The notes under the pieces were generated by a model that was not told where the DNA came from, made no database searches, and worked only from the letters and a program-made list of their open reading frames with translations. From the NCBI GenBank assembly GCA_001412365.1, contig LKUE01000209.1, positions 1 through 53,284 of the forward strand: a stretch of 53,284 nucleotides of DNA. Reading direction: 5' to 3'. Shown one piece after another: positions 27,781-36,975 of this stretch (position 1 is the stretch's first letter; each line of letters begins with the position of its first letter). The DNA comes from Desulfuromonas sp. SDB (lineage in GTDB: Bacteria; SDB-A). The translations under genes and the position numbers were made by a program.

Positions 27781-29025
27781 TTATCTGGTAAATGCGATAA
27801 TTACTGCAGTGAGGCTGGATAAAGCCCCGATAATGGTTATATAATCCTGCCACCATTTCAAGGTCATGGAAGGAACTTCAACAATATCTCCTCTCTCCAC
27901 AATTACATTTAACCCTCTGCCCCTCACTGTTCCCTCCGCACTGTACACTACCAGTTTATCCGCCATGCCCCTTTCGGTAATACCCCCCGCCCGGTTGATA
28001 TAATCGTAAGCAGTCATCATGGGCTGATAGATAAATGATCCCGGCTGTTCCACTGCACCGGTTACCATTACATTGTTTCTGATTTCAGGAACCACAACTG
28101 TATCTTCATGCTGTAAAACCAGTTCACTGACCAGTAGGGTATCATAATAATTTACGGGAATTACCCTTCCATCCCTGATCAACTGAATGTTTCTGCGGTT
28201 AGCCCAGGGCAGGAATCCCCCTGCCTGCTCAATAACATCCTTTAAGCTTTCCCCGGGAAGAATTTCATAAACACATTCTTTGGAGGTCAGATAGGTTGAA
28301 GAGTCATAGGCTACATTTACATTTTGGGTCCTTAATCCCTCCACCGCCCCTCTGATCACCACCGTTTTTTCCATAGGAGGGAACAGCAGTACATCTCCCT
28401 CTCCTTGAAAGAAGGGATCGTACTGATAATCTCCGGTTTCTAAAAACTTAACATAGTCGGCAGTGTCCACTTCACCCCCCGGATGAATCAGCATTATCCT
28501 CCTGAGGGAAGCGGAAGGAGTTAATTCAATCTCGGTAAGATAAAACTGTCCGATCACTTCTGATATTCTCCAAAAATTAGTAACCTCTACCGGGGTGGAA
28601 GCGGTCACTTCCCCCACCAGTGAAATTACAAAATGTCTGGGTCTAACCATGACCAGGTCAACTCCCACATTGTGGTAATATTTTCTGACAATTTGAGCCA
28701 CTTCAGCTTCCACCTGCCTGAGGGTCTTACCATCTGCGTAAACAACTCCCAGGGGAATACCCTGGGTGAAATCGGCAGTGATAACACTGGTTTCACCGGG
28801 TGTAGCGGTGGTCGGTTCGGGCACAGTGGGCTGACCTCCGATGGCTACAATCATGGTGCCATCGCTGTTCACCACTAAATCCTGGATAAAGCCTTCAATT
28901 CCGCTGACCACCAATTGCAGCCGGTCCCGGGGATGAAGAATATAGGTTTCCGGATCTACCAGAAAAGCATCGGTTGGTTCACTGCTGGAACAAAACAACA
29001 TGAATAATATTGAAACCGCAACCAT
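27781..29025 (-). CDS. Polysaccharide export protein (Wza-like: Poly_export plus SLBB domains)
   Basis: 414 aa. Lipoprotein-like leader MVAVSILFMLFCSS with AAGGAG upstream. SLBB-type repeats (VTGAVEQPGSFIYQP.MTAYDYINRAGGIT, ESLKDVIEQAGGF). C-terminal hydrophobic helix. Confidence 0.7.
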   Translation of the reverse strand: MVAVSILFMLFCSSSEPTDAFLVDPETYILHPRDRLQLVVSGIEGFIQDLVVNSDGTMIVAIGGQPTVPEPTTATPGETSVITADFTQGIPLGVVYADGKTLRQVEAEVAQIVRKYYHNVGVDLVMVRPRHFVISLVGEVTASTPVEVTNFWRISEVIGQFYLTEIELTPSASLRRIMLIHPGGEVDTADYVKFLETGDYQYDPFFQGEGDVLLFPPMEKTVVIRGAVEGLRTQNVNVAYDSSTYLTSKECVYEILPGESLKDVIEQAGGFLPWANRRNIQLIRDGRVIPVNYYDTLLVSELVLQHEDTVVVPEIRNNVMVTGAVEQPGSFIYQPMMTAYDYINRAGGITERGMADKLVVYSAEGTVRGRGLNVIVERGDIVEVPSMTLKWWQDYITIIGALSSLTAVIIAFTR

Positions 29026-29153
29026 ATAGGAACTCCTTATAATATTTTCATAAATTAAATGTTGGTTTATTAAATATTACAACATACTCCATTTTGTATA
29101 AAAGTAAATCTATAATATATTTATAAAAATAAATAAAGAATTTTTAATTTTAC

Positions 29154-29202
29154 AAAAAAAACCCTTCTCAACCCAAGATAAATTAACTTAAATTGAAAAG
29201 GG
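29154..29202 (-). terminator. Putative intrinsic terminator after the ferredoxin gene
   Basis: On the minus strand, CCCTTTTC (29202..29195) pairs with GAGAAGGG (29169..29162), with one G-U pair. The loop is large (25 nt). A T8 run follows (29161..29154). Confidence 0.4.
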
Positions 29203-29238
29203 ATTTTATCTAATTTTACTGATTAATACTTGTTAATA

Positions 29239-29427
29239 CTACTCTTCTTTAACTTCGATGCAGCTTACCGGGCAGTTGTTTTGACATTCCAGACAACCGG
29301 TACAGGCATCGGGATTAGCAACTTTTGCCGTATCTTCAATTTCAAAGACGTTTGGATCAGCTGGACATACATCTTGACAAACTCCGCAGGCAATACAATC
29401 AGATTCATTTACATAAGGTCTCATCAT
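29239..29427 (-). CDS. 2x[4Fe-4S] ferredoxin
   Basis: 62 aa from ATG 29427 (MMRPYV..) with AAAGGAGGT immediately upstream. Two CxxCxxCxxxCP clusters: CIACGVCQDVCP and CTGCLECQNNCP. The longer 96-aa ORF has no SD and adds a hydrophobic non-ferredoxin extension. Confidence 0.85.
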   Translation of the reverse strand: MMRPYVNESDCIACGVCQDVCPADPNVFEIEDTAKVANPDACTGCLECQNNCPVSCIEVKEE

Positions 29428-29472
29428 ACCTCCTTTATCAAACTCAATTAAATATCTAGTTAAAATTATAAA

Positions 29473-29488
29473 TGGAATATTAATTCCA
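29473..29488. promoter_or_regulatory. 6-4-6 inverted repeat in the ferredoxin leader (candidate operator or RNA hairpin)
   Basis: TGGAAT-ATTA-ATTCCA at 29473..29488. It lies between the predicted -10 element (29503..29498) and the SD of the ferredoxin gene. Confidence 0.3.
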
Positions 29489-29497
29489 ATTGCCAAA

Positions 29498-29526
29498 ATT
29501 ATATAGATTTGCTTTAAACCGGGCAA
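29498..29526 (-). promoter_or_regulatory. Sigma70-like promoter candidate for the ferredoxin gene
   Basis: On the minus strand: TTGCCC (29526..29521), a 17-nt spacer, then TATAAT (29503..29498). Confidence 0.45.
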
Positions 29527-29574
29527 CAATTATTTAGTTTGTTTTTATAAAAATTAAAAAGTTAACGTTATTTC

Positions 29575-29602
29575 TTGATAAAAATCATAGATAAAGTAAA
29601 AT
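29575..29602 (+). promoter_or_regulatory. Sigma70-like promoter candidate for the giant TPR / coiled-coil operon (near-leaderless)
   Basis: TTGATA (29575..29580), a 16-nt spacer, then TAAAAT (29597..29602). The -10 ends 9 nt before the ATG at 29612, and that ATG has no SD. Confidence 0.35.
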
Positions 29603-29611
29603 AAATTTATC

Positions 29612-32600
29612 ATGTTTGAATTCATTTTAGGAAAAGATGTCAAAAAGATTATAGAAAAAGCGCATGAGCTGGAAAATTCCGGTGAAGAAAAGAAAGCTTT
29701 ATCCTTGCTGGAAAAAGAAGCTAAAAACAAGGAAGAATACAGCTTATACCTGGAATTGGGCAGACTTCAGGCAAAAATGAATCTCGGGGCAGCAGCCCAG
29801 AGAAATCTTTCCAATGCTCATATGCTTGCTCCTGAAAACATCGACAATACTTTAGAAAGAGCTGAAGACGGGTATTTTCTGGGAGGAAGAGATCCTGAAG
29901 TAGCTGTATTTTTAGGGGAAACACATTTAGAACAGGGGAATGTCGAAAAAGCAATTGAGTACTTTCAGGAGATACCTAAAGAAAATCTGGAGAAAGAGAT
30001 AAAAACCAAACAATCCCATCTGAAAAACTTCCCTCCGGATACTGCAAATAAAGCCAAAAGATTGAATTTATGTCAGTCCATTGCAGTAATAACTGTGTTC
30101 ATAGACCAGGAATCTGCCATCCCCCTGCTGGAAAACTTATATCAGGAATTTCCCCAAACCAAGGAACTGATAGATAACACCCTGGGTTGGATGTCCAGAA
30201 ATGACTACCGTACCCCCTTCCCCCACATTCATTACGGAAGTTTCCTAACTAAGACCGATCAGCCCGAGAAAGCCATAGATTTTTTCAATAAAGCAATAAA
30301 TATTGACCGTAAATCAACCGAGAAAATAATTGCCATTCTTGAACAAAGAAAATCACACAGTCCGGAAATGGTTGATTTCCTGTTTAAACTTTACACCCTC
30401 ACCAACCAACCTGAACAAGCATTGGAATTAATTCAGAATGCTGATCTTCCTTCTGAAAAAGTAGCCAGATATTACCGGGAAATTATCAAAGGGGACAAAA
30501 AGAACCTGGAGGCTAGAAAAAATTACACTGAAAATTTACTCAAGGGAAAAAAATACTCAGAAGCTGCCCTGGAATTAGATTTTTTCAGTGATCAGCAGAA
30601 TTATTTTCCCTGGGTTCAGGAAAAAATTGATCAGATACTGGTTGAACCCAATGATAAGGCATTGTTCATCGGGGCAGAGATAAATATAAAACAGGATAAT
30701 TTAGAAAAAGCCATTGATTATCTAAATAGTTTATTGTCCAATTATCCTTCTTCCACTGAATCTATTGAAATGCTGGTATTGGATATTGTAAAAAACAATC
30801 CTGATTTTCATCCTGCTCTAATTTTATTGATAAAAGTTCTGATTGAAAAGCGGGAACAAATTTTATGCTTAATGCTATTCGAATATATGATTTTTTCAGG
30901 TTTTTCCCCTTTAATTGATGCAGCTAAACAGCTATTCAAAGAGTATGGAAAAAATCTGAAGGCAGACTTCCAATGGCTGACTGTTAGCTACATGATATCC
31001 CTTATCTCCGGTTCAGAAACCAGATCAAAGATAATCAATCAGATGGTGGAAAAGTTTCCTGACCAATTAGATGAGTTCATAGTTAAAATAGATTTGCTTT
31101 CCGACATTTATAAAGAGGTTATTCCCGCAGTAAACCAGGATATCATGTTCTTATTAGCGAAACATCCCAGTGAGGTTTGTTACGTGACCACGATTTTTTC
31201 TTCAATAAAAGTAAATTCACCCCAGGAAGCAATTAAAATCCTTCAGGAATACAAAAGCCAATTCCCCAGTAACAAATTCTCCCGAAAATTATTGTCTGAC
31301 ATAACCCAACATTTTCCTGATGATCCCGAGGTTCTTAAAACCAATATTATTGACAATCTCAAACAGAAGAAAATAAATTCTTCTCTGGAATATTTAAGAA
31401 CATTAATCAATTATCCTAAACAGGATACCTGGGTAATTGAGTTATTTAAGCGATTAAATAAATCCTACCCCAAGAACTATCAGGTACATTTTACCTACTT
31501 AGAGTTTTTACTTAAGAGGAAACTATACTCGAAATTGATTACAGAAGTAGATAAAGCAATGGAAGTTGTACCTTCCCAGGACAAATCCTACCTTCACTAC
31601 ATTAAAGGACAAGCACTTCTTGAAAATGATAAATTTGAAGAAGGCATCATCTGTCTAGCCAACAGTATTGAAACTTCTTCTCAGTACGCCCAGCAAGTTA
31701 TTGATTCTCTTTTAAAAGCAGAAGAATTTTACGATCATCCCAAGATAAAATATGTTTTGATAAAAGCTTATGCTAAGAAAAAAGAATACCAGCAGGCAGC
31801 AATAAATTTATTTTCTCTAAAAGACCATCCCAAAATCAAAAAAAGCAGGATAATTAGTGAATTTAAAGTTTTATTAAAAGATGCCCCTACTGATTCCTAT
31901 TTAAGATTTTATCTTGGAAAAATTCTCAACATAACCGGATCTATAGATGAAGCGGTAACTGAATTTCAATTAGCGGCAACTTACAACCAAGAATTAGCTG
32001 AACCAGCTTTCCAGGAAGTACAGCAAATATCCAAACAAATCCACTCGCCGGAAGTACTTCAGGCAATGGGTATATTAGCAGAACATTGTAAAAGATATGA
32101 TGTATTCTATAAAACTTTTTCAAGCTTATTCAAGCAGAAAGCCAACCAAAAAAAACTACTGCACTATATAACTGAAAAAATAGAGCAAAATCCCCAGCAA
32201 GCTATTTACAAAATTATTTTTTCAAAATTTCAGATCCTCACCGGTAACCCCGACCAGGGTTTGACTACTGCATTGAGTATAGGCGATTTAGACAATCTGG
32301 AACATCCAAGCTACGCAAATTTAATTTCAGAACTTATTGAAAAATATCCTGAAAATCCTGAATTATGGATAAGACAGGGCAAAATTCAAATGATCTCCGT
32401 TCAACCTGAACAGGGAATAAATTCCTACCTAAATGCATTTAAACTTAATCCCGATTTCAGCGACCAAATACTGGATGATTTAAAAAACATCGAAGACTTA
32501 AGCGCATCATTTCTAGCTATCCGCATTCACCTGAAGAAAAATAATTTCGATCAAGCTAAGCAGATTCTAGAAGAACATATTGAAAAATTTTCAGAAGATC

Positions 32601-33409
32601 ATATTCAAACCTTAACCGATGACATCATCAAAGCACCCCTTAATGAAGATTCACTCAGTTTGTATATTTTGCTGGTTGATCTTCTATACAAACTGGATAA
32701 ATATGAAGAAGTAATAAAAATTGTAAAGAACATTGAAAAATATCCATTTGAACCGGCATTAAGAGAAAAAATATATTCAAATATGATTCACGCAGCAGTA
32801 AAAATAGACAAAAACATCGCCGCTGAATATTTGGCTAAATTTAAAATTCTAGTTGGTCATCAAAAATTTATCCAATGGATCCTGGAACAAAGAGAAAATC
32901 AAATAAAACAATTATCAGTAAAATTTACTGAAAGCCAATCTGATCCGTTGATCTATTATAATTTAGCAGTTAAATTTATTGAAATGAATTATCTTGACCA
33001 AGCCGATCAAATCCTCACAAAAATTTTAAAAAACAATCTAACTTCTGAACAATTTGATCAAGAAAAGATCTGGTTTGAAAAATGCAGAATTAAAGTTTTG
33101 CAAAGGAACTACCACCAGGCATATTTTTTAATTAAGCAAAGAATGGATTATAATATTAAAAATGATCACTGGAGCAGTAAATACTTTAAACTACTGTTAA
33201 ATTTACAGATGGCGACATCTGATTACCGGGGAGCTCTCTCCACCTATAAAGTCGCATTTTCCCATCTGTCCCCAAAAGAACAGAACATCTATTATGATAT
33301 TGTATCCAGGGCATTTGGAGATAATGCTCTGATGATTATTAATAAAAAGCAGTCAGTTAATAAATTAATTAACCAAAACCTTATTAAAAACATCATGGAA
33401 AGCTTATGA
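29612..33409 (+). CDS. Giant all-helical TPR-like repeat protein, function unknown
   Basis: 1265-aa uninterrupted ORF. I see no signal peptide or TM segment. TPR-like helix pairs recur (..GNVEKAIEYFQEI.., ..QPEKAIDFFNKAINID.., ..DNLEKAIDYLNSLLSNYP.., ..GINSYLNAFKLNPD..). Its stop overlaps the next start (ATGA at 33406..33409). Confidence 0.8.
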   Translation: MFEFILGKDVKKIIEKAHELENSGEEKKALSLLEKEAKNKEEYSLYLELGRLQAKMNLGAAAQRNLSNAHMLAPENIDNTLERAEDGYFLGGRDPEVAVFLGETHLEQGNVEKAIEYFQEIPKENLEKEIKTKQSHLKNFPPDTANKAKRLNLCQSIAVITVFIDQESAIPLLENLYQEFPQTKELIDNTLGWMSRNDYRTPFPHIHYGSFLTKTDQPEKAIDFFNKAINIDRKSTEKIIAILEQRKSHSPEMVDFLFKLYTLTNQPEQALELIQNADLPSEKVARYYREIIKGDKKNLEARKNYTENLLKGKKYSEAALELDFFSDQQNYFPWVQEKIDQILVEPNDKALFIGAEINIKQDNLEKAIDYLNSLLSNYPSSTESIEMLVLDIVKNNPDFHPALILLIKVLIEKREQILCLMLFEYMIFSGFSPLIDAAKQLFKEYGKNLKADFQWLTVSYMISLISGSETRSKIINQMVEKFPDQLDEFIVKIDLLSDIYKEVIPAVNQDIMFLLAKHPSEVCYVTTIFSSIKVNSPQEAIKILQEYKSQFPSNKFSRKLLSDITQHFPDDPEVLKTNIIDNLKQKKINSSLEYLRTLINYPKQDTWVIELFKRLNKSYPKNYQVHFTYLEFLLKRKLYSKLITEVDKAMEVVPSQDKSYLHYIKGQALLENDKFEEGIICLANSIETSSQYAQQVIDSLLKAEEFYDHPKIKYVLIKAYAKKKEYQQAAINLFSLKDHPKIKKSRIISEFKVLLKDAPTDSYLRFYLGKILNITGSIDEAVTEFQLAATYNQELAEPAFQEVQQISKQIHSPEVLQAMGILAEHCKRYDVFYKTFSSLFKQKANQKKLLHYITEKIEQNPQQAIYKIIFSKFQILTGNPDQGLTTALSIGDLDNLEHPSYANLISELIEKYPENPELWIRQGKIQMISVQPEQGINSYLNAFKLNPDFSDQILDDLKNIEDLSASFLAIRIHLKKNNFDQAKQILEEHIEKFSEDHIQTLTDDIIKAPLNEDSLSLYILLVDLLYKLDKYEEVIKIVKNIEKYPFEPALREKIYSNMIHAAVKIDKNIAAEYLAKFKILVGHQKFIQWILEQRENQIKQLSVKFTESQSDPLIYYNLAVKFIEMNYLDQADQILTKILKNNLTSEQFDQEKIWFEKCRIKVLQRNYHQAYFLIKQRMDYNIKNDHWSSKYFKLLLNLQMATSDYRGALSTYKVAFSHLSPKEQNIYYDIVSRAFGDNALMIINKKQSVNKLINQNLIKNIMESL

Positions 33410-36400
33410 AAAAATGTCCATTAAATGAATCAATAGAAGTTTCAGAAGTAAACGGGAAAATTTCCTGCAACCAAGATTGTCTGTTCTTTGACCCAGAGCA
33501 AAAGAAGTGCAAACTGTTGGAGTTTATAAGTGGAAATAAATTAATCGAGCAGCTTGAATCAGTAAAACAAGGAATCAGTAATATTTCCGATCCAGTGGTA
33601 ACCAGCTTTCAGAAAAACAATGAAAATCTCTCCACCCTCATGGAAACATTAGACAGGTTAAATGAAAAATTCAATTCCATCTACAGCTTATTGGAAAATT
33701 TTTCCGATCAGAAATCACAGATAGACCTGGAACATCGAAATCAAATCCAGGAGTATCTGGGTAATTTAAAAGATCAGATAAATTCCTGGTCGGGGGGATT
33801 AAACGATTTAAGAGATAATCTGGTGGAGATAAATGCAAAATTACAAAATGATGAAATCATAACCTTTCTAAAAAATCAACATCAGGATCAATTAAAAACT
33901 TTAATTGAAAACCACCAACAAAATCTGTCTGAACAATTTTCCACTTCAGTTAATTCAGTGGTTTCAGGACTGGAAAATCTTTCAGTAAAATTAAATGGAA
34001 TCGAAGATAAATTTCAGCATCAAGAAATTGTGAATCAGATCAAAACCAGCACTGATTCAATGCAACAGTATTTTGACCAATTCATTAACAATATTAATAC
34101 CGCCAGTTCCCAGCAGCAGCAGCAAATTATTGATCAAACCAGTGAGTTTTTTAACCAGGTGAATTTATCTCTAAATGATATTAAACAACAACTTTCGGAT
34201 CAAAGTTTAAACGATTTGCTAAAACAACAACAGCTTCAGTATCAACAAAACCAACAGGAATTAACTTCTAGTTTATCAACATTAATCAGTGAAAATCAGT
34301 CTAATTATCAACAGCAACTGGAAAATTTAATTGATCAACTGAAATCGCCGTTATCCCTTATTGACCACAGTATTCATGAAATCAATTCAAAACCTCAATT
34401 AGATGAACTGAAATCGCAGCTTCAACAAAATCATTTGCAGAATCAGCAGTTAGCTGAAGATTTTCTAGGCCGTTTGAAAAATATCGGAGAACAAAATAAT
34501 CAAATAATCACTGATCAGATAAATTCCCAACTTCAATTAATTAGCCAAACCATTAATAGTATACCGTTGAAACTAGACGAGTTAACCCAGCATCAAAATT
34601 TCGACCAAATCATTGAACTGCTGAGAACCCAACAACAAGTTGATCAACAAAAAGTGGATGAATTGTCCAATCATCTCATTCAATCACTATCTCAAAATCG
34701 CCAAATACTTGTGGATAAATTATCTGAATACTTTGAAGGTTCTTTTAATATTTTAGAGAAAATTCCTTCAGCTCTCACTGATTTGCAAAACAATTTCGCC
34801 AATCTTAATTTAGAACAAGCAATAAATACTCAAGTTCAACAAGTCAGCTCTCAGATGAAATTAATCTGGTCTGAATTTCAGCAGATTCAATCCGAACATC
34901 ATCAAAATTTAGTGGATAATATTGGGACCAGTTTAAAATTCACCGTGGATAAATTAACCAGCATCAATCAGCTGCTTACTGATATTCAGCAAGACCCCAA
35001 ATTCAGTAAATTTGTAGGCGTTTTTCAGGAATTTCAATCTGATCAGTCATTTCAGTTCCAACAACTTTATACTACTTTAAATCAGATATCAGAGGAAATT
35101 GAAAATACTAACCGCACTCTGGTTAACCAGGATATTAAACAAATTCTATTGGAGAATTTAGATAAAAATCAGCAATTTCTTCAATCTCAATCTGAACTTC
35201 AGAAAAAAGTTAATGAAGAATATTTTCTTCAAATTAATAAGCTGTACACCTCCCTGACCAACATACACCCGAAACTAGCCAATATTGAAGATATTTTAGA
35301 GAAATTGAATTTAACCGGGCTTTTCCAGCAATTTTTAACTAACTCCGCCAGCCAAAACCAAACTTTCATTGAACAATTTAAATCCGATCAAACTGCTTTA
35401 GTTGAAAACTTAAATAATAACCTCCAACAGAATTTTGGTTTGTTGGAGAATTCAATTAAACAAAATTTGGAAAGCATATTAGTGCAGATTCCTGAAAAGA
35501 TTGAACAAATCAATGAGATTTTAATTCAGGATAAATTATTTAGTTTATTAAATCAGAATTTTCAGCAGCAATCACAACAGATCAGTATTCTAGGTGAAAA
35601 TTTAAGAAATCTCCATTCACAAAATTATCAAACTATTACTAAAAATATTGAACTGATTAATGAAAATTTAAACACACTATCCGGACAGTTAGTCAGTTCT
35701 ATCCAAAATATTGAAAACAACACCGAACAACGGGAGTTGCTTGAATATCTTCAACAAAAAGAAGTAAAAGATCGAGATTACTCTGAAGCGATGATGAAGA
35801 TAATTAACGAAAGTTCACTCAGGGCCAGCGAAGATTTAAATGAAAAATTCAATCATCTGGTTCAAAATTTATATCCATCAGTAAAAATGACCGCTTCCGG
35901 CATTTTGGACATTAAAAAAGAGTTTTCAGATAATTTTATACCCACCCTGCTAGACCATCGGAAACAAGACCGGAAATTTCTCAAAGAAGCACTCTCCCGC
36001 TGGACTTCCGCTTATATTCATGAACAGCAGCAACTTTACAGTCATCTGGAAAACTTAACTGAAAAGATGAATTCACTGGCAAATTCTTTTCAATCATTGC
36101 AATCAGAACAACTAATTGCAGCAATATCAGAGACAAGCGAGAAAAATGCTGAGTTTATCAGAACTATGTTTACAGATTGGATAAATAGCTTTAACTCTAC
36201 TCAACAAAATATAAGTGATTTACAGCAGCAGTCTCTTCAAGCCGGCAATGTCCTCAACGACAAAATAACCGAACAAGTTCAAGCAATTCAGGATTCAAAT
36301 ATAAAAACCTTAAACTTTTTATCTGAAGTGACTGACAAAATTAATTCTGCATTTGAGAACATTGAAAAGTTAGCTGAAATCCAAAGTGAAACTGACCACC

Positions 36401-36975
36401 GTATCTCTCAATTAACCGAAAAAATGGAAAAGCTTACAGAATTTCAAACAGAGAGTATCGCTAAAGAACAGGAAAGAATGGAATTTATTGAGCAGGACCG
36501 AAAAATTTCTCAAGCTAAGATGCATAATGATAGAGGAGTTGGATTTTTCTATGCAAACCAAATTCAATCAGCATATCGGGAACTGCAAAAGGCAGTTCAG
36601 CTTGCCCCGGAGATGTATGAAACTTACTTAAATTTAGGAGTAGTTTTATCTGAAATGAATGAGGTGGAAAAAGCTAAAGAGCATTTCAAGAAAGTAATTG
36701 ATTTAAATCCCGAAATAACTGAGGCATACTTGAATTTGGGTATGCTGGAGATACATGATAAAAACTTGGAAGATGCGGAAAAACTAATTAATCAAGCTCT
36801 GAAAATCTCCCCGCAGTATTCAAGGTCCTATGAAGTACTGGGAGATGTATATCTTGAAAAAAATGAAGTACAGTTAGCTGAAGATGCTTATCAGAAAGCC
36901 CTTCAATTAAATCCCCTAAATCAGGAATTGAAGTTAAAACTAAAACAGTTAAGAGGTGAAGACATTGTCGAATGA
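33406..36975 (+). CDS. Giant Gln/Asn-rich coiled-coil protein with an N-terminal 4-Cys cluster and C-terminal TPR repeats, function unknown
   Basis: 1189 aa. The N-terminus has Cys at residues 4, 21, 25 and 35. A ~1000-aa low-complexity heptad-like helical region follows (for example 23 Gln in the 81 residues 234-314, nt 34105..34347). About four canonical TPRs lie at aa 1040-1180 (..AYRELQKAVQLAPE.., ..AKEHFKKVIDLNPE.., ..AEDAYQKALQLNPLN..). Confidence 0.8.
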   Translation: MKKCPLNESIEVSEVNGKISCNQDCLFFDPEQKKCKLLEFISGNKLIEQLESVKQGISNISDPVVTSFQKNNENLSTLMETLDRLNEKFNSIYSLLENFSDQKSQIDLEHRNQIQEYLGNLKDQINSWSGGLNDLRDNLVEINAKLQNDEIITFLKNQHQDQLKTLIENHQQNLSEQFSTSVNSVVSGLENLSVKLNGIEDKFQHQEIVNQIKTSTDSMQQYFDQFINNINTASSQQQQQIIDQTSEFFNQVNLSLNDIKQQLSDQSLNDLLKQQQLQYQQNQQELTSSLSTLISENQSNYQQQLENLIDQLKSPLSLIDHSIHEINSKPQLDELKSQLQQNHLQNQQLAEDFLGRLKNIGEQNNQIITDQINSQLQLISQTINSIPLKLDELTQHQNFDQIIELLRTQQQVDQQKVDELSNHLIQSLSQNRQILVDKLSEYFEGSFNILEKIPSALTDLQNNFANLNLEQAINTQVQQVSSQMKLIWSEFQQIQSEHHQNLVDNIGTSLKFTVDKLTSINQLLTDIQQDPKFSKFVGVFQEFQSDQSFQFQQLYTTLNQISEEIENTNRTLVNQDIKQILLENLDKNQQFLQSQSELQKKVNEEYFLQINKLYTSLTNIHPKLANIEDILEKLNLTGLFQQFLTNSASQNQTFIEQFKSDQTALVENLNNNLQQNFGLLENSIKQNLESILVQIPEKIEQINEILIQDKLFSLLNQNFQQQSQQISILGENLRNLHSQNYQTITKNIELINENLNTLSGQLVSSIQNIENNTEQRELLEYLQQKEVKDRDYSEAMMKIINESSLRASEDLNEKFNHLVQNLYPSVKMTASGILDIKKEFSDNFIPTLLDHRKQDRKFLKEALSRWTSAYIHEQQQLYSHLENLTEKMNSLANSFQSLQSEQLIAAISETSEKNAEFIRTMFTDWINSFNSTQQNISDLQQQSLQAGNVLNDKITEQVQAIQDSNIKTLNFLSEVTDKINSAFENIEKLAEIQSETDHRISQLTEKMEKLTEFQTESIAKEQERMEFIEQDRKISQAKMHNDRGVGFFYANQIQSAYRELQKAVQLAPEMYETYLNLGVVLSEMNEVEKAKEHFKKVIDLNPEITEAYLNLGMLEIHDKNLEDAEKLINQALKISPQYSRSYEVLGDVYLEKNEVQLAEDAYQKALQLNPLNQELKLKLKQLRGEDIVE

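Noticed and set aside
27767-27856. A 30-aa N-terminal extension of the PFK ORF (start at 27856).
   Set aside because: It overlaps the 3' end of the Wza-like gene by 76 nt and has no SD. It precedes an ATG (27766) that has AAGGAGAG upstream and gives a canonical PFK N-terminus.
29428-29529. A 34-aa hydrophobic N-terminal extension of the ferredoxin ORF.
   Set aside because: The internal ATG at 29427 has a perfect AAAGGAGGT SD, and the 62-aa product is a complete 2x[4Fe-4S] ferredoxin. The extension would also cover the predicted promoter.
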